Under the pieces are notes generated by a model. It was not told the DNA's origin, ran no database searches, and saw only the letters and a list, made by a program, of their open reading frames with translations. A program made the translations under genes and the position numbers. A stretch of 64,000 nucleotides of DNA from an uncultured Candidatus Binatia bacterium (lineage in GTDB: Bacteria > Desulfobacterota > Binatia > Bin18): the NCBI GenBank assembly GCA_965214605.1, contig OZ243961.1, positions 2,976,001 to 3,040,000 on the forward strand, in the 5' to 3' direction. Numbering within the stretch: the first letter of the stretch is position 1; the number at the start of each line of letters is the position of its first letter. Shown one piece after another: positions 60,930 through 64,000 of the stretch.

Positions 60930-61907
60930 TCAGCCCTGCTGGTTGCGCAGCAGGGCTTTTTCAATGCCGCGTCGGATAAGCTGCGGCTCGCCGAGCCGGC
61001 GTCGCAGCTGACGCTCTAAACCGCCGACCGGCAGCAGGTTTTGCGGTGCACGGGGATCTTTGGGCGCCCGCGAGGCTAGGCGAAAGACTTTAATGCTCGC
61101 CTGGTCGAGTAGCCCGATTGCCTTCCGGGGGCCGAGCGAAGCTTTGACTTCGAGCCGTACGAGGCCGGCAAACGTATGCTCAATCAGGCGCGGCTGGGTC
61201 AGGCGCAGATAGCACGAGAACACATCGTAGCTCTCCCGCTTGCTCCCGCCCTGAATCCGAAAGAGGGGGGTGCGCTCGCCCGGCTGGAGCTGTTCTAGGA
61301 TCTGGGTGCGCTGGTTTGACAGATACATGCGATGGATCGACTTGATCACCCCGACGACCGATGAGCTCCCGCCGATATAGGTCAGATTGCCGTCGGCCAA
61401 AATCAGTTTGTCTGGTCCCGACAGCTGCTCGGCAATGGCCGATTCGGCCTGGCGCATTTCGGTCATCAGCGCCTCACTCAGTTTGTCCTGCGTCGTCGCC
61501 TTTGAGCTGAGGCTGGCGTAGCCAAGGGGAGGGCCACTGCCGGCCGGAACAAAAAAGGGGTCCGGCCCGGATTGGCCGCCGCCGGTGATAAACAGGCGTT
61601 TGACGTGGATGGGCCCTATGGTGACCTGGTGATCAACCATCACGGCTCCGCTGGCCAGCGAACAGAATAGCCCCAGAAAACGGTTCTCGCCCTGGCTCAC
61701 AACCGCTCGGGCGTCGGTGCGCATGACCCCGTCCACGACCGCGGTCATGGCCGGTAGACTAGGCGGCTGGGGACGCTGCGCTTTCCACGGGACGTCTTCG
61801 ACCGGATCCTCTAGGGCTTGGACCGTAGTTTCTGCGCTATTGGCCTCGCGCGGAACCGAAATCTGGCCCGCATAATCGCCGCCCCACGGGTCTAAGGCGA
61901 TACGCAT
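60930..61907 (-). CDS. nurA: NurA-family nuclease
   Basis: AVVDGVMR, E in MRQAE, LADGNL, GVIKS, PRAPQNLLPVGGLE; directly upstream of herA. Confidence 0.78.
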   Translation of the reverse strand: MRIALDPWGGDYAGQISVPREANSAETTVQALEDPVEDVPWKAQRPQPPSLPAMTAVVDGVMRTDARAVVSQGENRFLGLFCSLASGAVMVDHQVTIGPIHVKRLFITGGGQSGPDPFFVPAGSGPPLGYASLSSKATTQDKLSEALMTEMRQAESAIAEQLSGPDKLILADGNLTYIGGSSSVVGVIKSIHRMYLSNQRTQILEQLQPGERTPLFRIQGGSKRESYDVFSCYLRLTQPRLIEHTFAGLVRLEVKASLGPRKAIGLLDQASIKVFRLASRAPKDPRAPQNLLPVGGLERQLRRRLGEPQLIRRGIEKALLRNQQG

Positions 61908-62016
61908 CCCTTTTTCCTCCGCTGACCCAAATAGAGAACGTCACCCATGAGCCCAGGATCTCCCCCCATTCTCCAGGACAGGTCACGTTTTCGGTCCGGG
62001 GGGAGGCGGATCGACT

Positions 62017-62448
62017 TCAGGGCCGGACCTGGCAGCTCAGCATGGCCGTGCCAACAATCACCCGGTCACCGTTCTGGTTTTCTATTACTACGTCACAGTC
62101 AACAGAGCCGACGCCGTCTTCGAGTTTTTTCTCCGTCACCATGCCCCAACAACTCAGTCTATCGCCGTGCGCGACCGGAGTCCGAAAGCTGGTGTGCAGC
62201 ATGGTGATACGCCAGCCAATAAAATGATTTTTCAGGACCTTGGCCAGAAAGGAGGCACACAACGGACCCGGCACGATCGGCCTGGCAAAGCCGACCTGGC
62301 GCGCCCGTTCGGGATTGATGAAGCGCTGGTCCGTCACCTGCGCCGCCACCGCGTAGCGGCGTACAAGGTCGGTTGTCGGAACCCAGCTGACGGGGCCGAT
62401 CTCATCGCCAAATTCAACCGTATCAAAGGGCAGAGGGGACGTATCCAT
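62017..62448 (-). CDS. MaoC-like (hotdog fold) dehydratase
   Basis: RYAVAAQ..FINPERARQVGF.RPIVPG and SFRTPVAHGD patterns. Confidence 0.85.
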   Translation of the reverse strand: MDTSPLPFDTVEFGDEIGPVSWVPTTDLVRRYAVAAQVTDQRFINPERARQVGFARPIVPGPLCASFLAKVLKNHFIGWRITMLHTSFRTPVAHGDRLSCWGMVTEKKLEDGVGSVDCDVVIENQNGDRVIVGTAMLSCQVRP

Positions 62449-62468
62449 AGCGTGCGGCAGTGTGGTGG

Positions 62469-62939
62469 TTAGATCTTTTTGTGCGGCGAGCGGACCATCT
62501 GGCGTTCGCGTAAAATCATCACCGTCCTGCCGCTCTCCTCTTTGACTCGCAGTTCGCGCACAATGACGCCAAGCGGGCCGCTGCGACCGGTCTTCTCGTA
62601 GACGTCGGCGAGGCGTGCCGTGATCGTATACGTCCGGCCGGCATAGATTTCATCGTAAAACTCGAACTCTTGGCCGGCGTACAGGCTGGCCAGACCCGGA
62701 GCGAGCGGAATTTCCGGGACAATCTTATTCCCCCGCAGATGCATACAGTAGGTCGGGGGAGCGATGACGTTTGGGTAGCCGGCTCGACGGGCGGCCTCGG
62801 GGTCGAGGTAGAGCGGGTTGAGGTCATCCACGGCCTCGGCAAATCCCCGGATGTCGTCTGCGGTTACCGCAAATTTGCCGACCTCACTCTCTTTGTGCAT
62901 GAGATCTTCAGGGACCTTGATCATTGCCATAGGGTACAC
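62469..62939 (-). CDS. MaoC dehydratase N-terminal-type (hotdog fold) protein
   Basis: IRGFAEAVDDLNPLY, IAPPTY, YAGQEFEF and EKTGRSG motifs. Confidence 0.88.
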   Translation of the reverse strand: MYPMAMIKVPEDLMHKESEVGKFAVTADDIRGFAEAVDDLNPLYLDPEAARRAGYPNVIAPPTYCMHLRGNKIVPEIPLAPGLASLYAGQEFEFYDEIYAGRTYTITARLADVYEKTGRSGPLGVIVRELRVKEESGRTVMILRERQMVRSPHKKI

Positions 62940-62991
62940 TCAGCGAGCCGCCACGCAAGGAGCGGCTCTCCAGCCTCAGAGAAGGACAACT

Positions 62992-63279
62992 CTACTCGGC
63001 GATTTTCTCGTAAAACTCCAGTTCTGGAGCGCCGTCGAGCAGGGCGCCTAGGTTCACCCCGAGTTCGCCCAGATGTTTCCGATGGGCCTCAAAGGCGGCG
63101 TCATCCGTATACTCTTCGTAGAACAGAAAGACCCGAGGATCTTTCTTGGATTTACAGAACGTGTAGGCGTGGTTCCCGGGTTCTTTGCGCACCTCGGCAA
63201 CGACCTTATCCCGCATCGTGGCCTCGAACTCTCCCTCTTTCCCCTCTTTGATTTTCAGTTTGGCGGTTAAGGTGACCAT
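62992..63279 (-). CDS. Antibiotic biosynthesis monooxygenase (ABM) family protein
   Basis: EPGNHAY and FLFYEEYTDDAAFEAH motifs; AAGGAGG RBS. Confidence 0.9.
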   Translation of the reverse strand: MVTLTAKLKIKEGKEGEFEATMRDKVVAEVRKEPGNHAYTFCKSKKDPRVFLFYEEYTDDAAFEAHRKHLGELGVNLGALLDGAPELEFYEKIAE

Positions 63280-63420
63280 AGCCTTCCTCCTTTTTTCGGA
63301 CGAGATACGCTCCTTTTTGCCTGACTAGGGGGGCTTTGGCAACTCCTGCACGCGTGTCGGCGGCTAGCAGGAGCCGATCAATTGGCGTACCATTGCGGCC
63401 ACGAAAGGAGCGAACAGACT

Positions 63421-64000
63421 ATGAAAGCTGCCGTTTTGTACGAGCCTGGTACCCCCCTGGTTATTGAAGATTTGCAACTCGATCCGCCAAAAGCCGGAGA
63501 GGTCAAGGTCCGGGTCGCCGCCAACGGGGCCTGCCACAGCGATCTGCACGTGATGACCGGTGACATGCGCCAACCCCTCCCCATAGTCTTAGGACACGAG
63601 GGGGCGGGGGTGGTTGAAGAAGTCGGGGCCGGGGTGACGTCGGTCAAAGAGGGCGACCATGTGGTCCTGTCTTTTAACCCGGTGTGCGGCACTTGCCTGT
63701 ACTGTACCCAGGGTAGCCCGCACCTGTGCGAAACTCGGCCCACGACCGCCGGCGTACTGATCGACGGCACGATCCGTTTACATAAAAATGGGGCGGATAT
63801 TCACCACTTTGCCTTTACCGCGTCTTTTGCCGAAGAGACAGTCGTGCACGAGAGCTGCGCGATTAAAATCCGAGACGACGTGCCCCTGGACCGGGCTTGT
63901 TTTGTTGGCTGCGGAACCATGACCGGGGTTGGGGCGGCGATTAACACCGCCCAGGTGCAGCCGGGCAGCACGGTCGCCGTTATCGGCTGCGGCGGGGTTG
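63421..64000 (+). CDS. Zn-dependent alcohol dehydrogenase (runs off the window end)
   Basis: MKAAVLYE..., GACHSD, LGHEGAG, CGTCLYC and GCGGV motifs; AAAGGAG RBS. Confidence 0.92.
   Translation, partial: MKAAVLYEPGTPLVIEDLQLDPPKAGEVKVRVAANGACHSDLHVMTGDMRQPLPIVLGHEGAGVVEEVGAGVTSVKEGDHVVLSFNPVCGTCLYCTQGSPHLCETRPTTAGVLIDGTIRLHKNGADIHHFAFTASFAEETVVHESCAIKIRDDVPLDRACFVGCGTMTGVGAAINTAQVQPGSTVAVIGCGGV

Overview
GC-rich bacterial chromosomal window, probably from a Deltaproteobacteria/Binatia-like organism (inference from gene content only). The core segments encode MutS2, an rpoZ-rpoH pair, a TrmJ-type methyltransferase, many catabolic enzymes (Zn-ADHs, VOC proteins, fused enoyl-CoA hydratase/3-hydroxyacyl-CoA dehydrogenase, LLM monooxygenase, PQQ dehydrogenase, CocE/NonD hydrolase, class III CoA-transferase), Moco genes, MiaB and a complete nurA-herA-sbcD-sbcC operon. 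Two genes are split in the ORF track by an in-frame TGA at the position of a conserved Cys and are probably selenoproteins: a UGSC-family protein (46436-46978) and an ArsC-family reductase (52488-52841). There are three decayed accessory patches: a restriction-modification-like relic (14.5-16.3 kb), a DUF4276-like relic next to an orphan membrane protein (26.4-28.4 kb), and an ~11 kb pseudogene island (33.5-44.9 kb). The island carries relics of a Uma2 nuclease, a ThsB/MTH538-like TIR protein, a DprA+PRTase (ShosTA-like) pair, plasmid mobilisation and TrfA-type replication genes, an AbrB-VapC module and a secreted zinc metalloprotease. Its most notable relic is a frameshifted ~1.45 kb fragment of a type VI-A Cas13a effector (36413-37874) that breaks off inside the HEPN2 motif. 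I found no CRISPR array, tRNA or rRNA. Family calls come from motif recognition by eye, not database searches.
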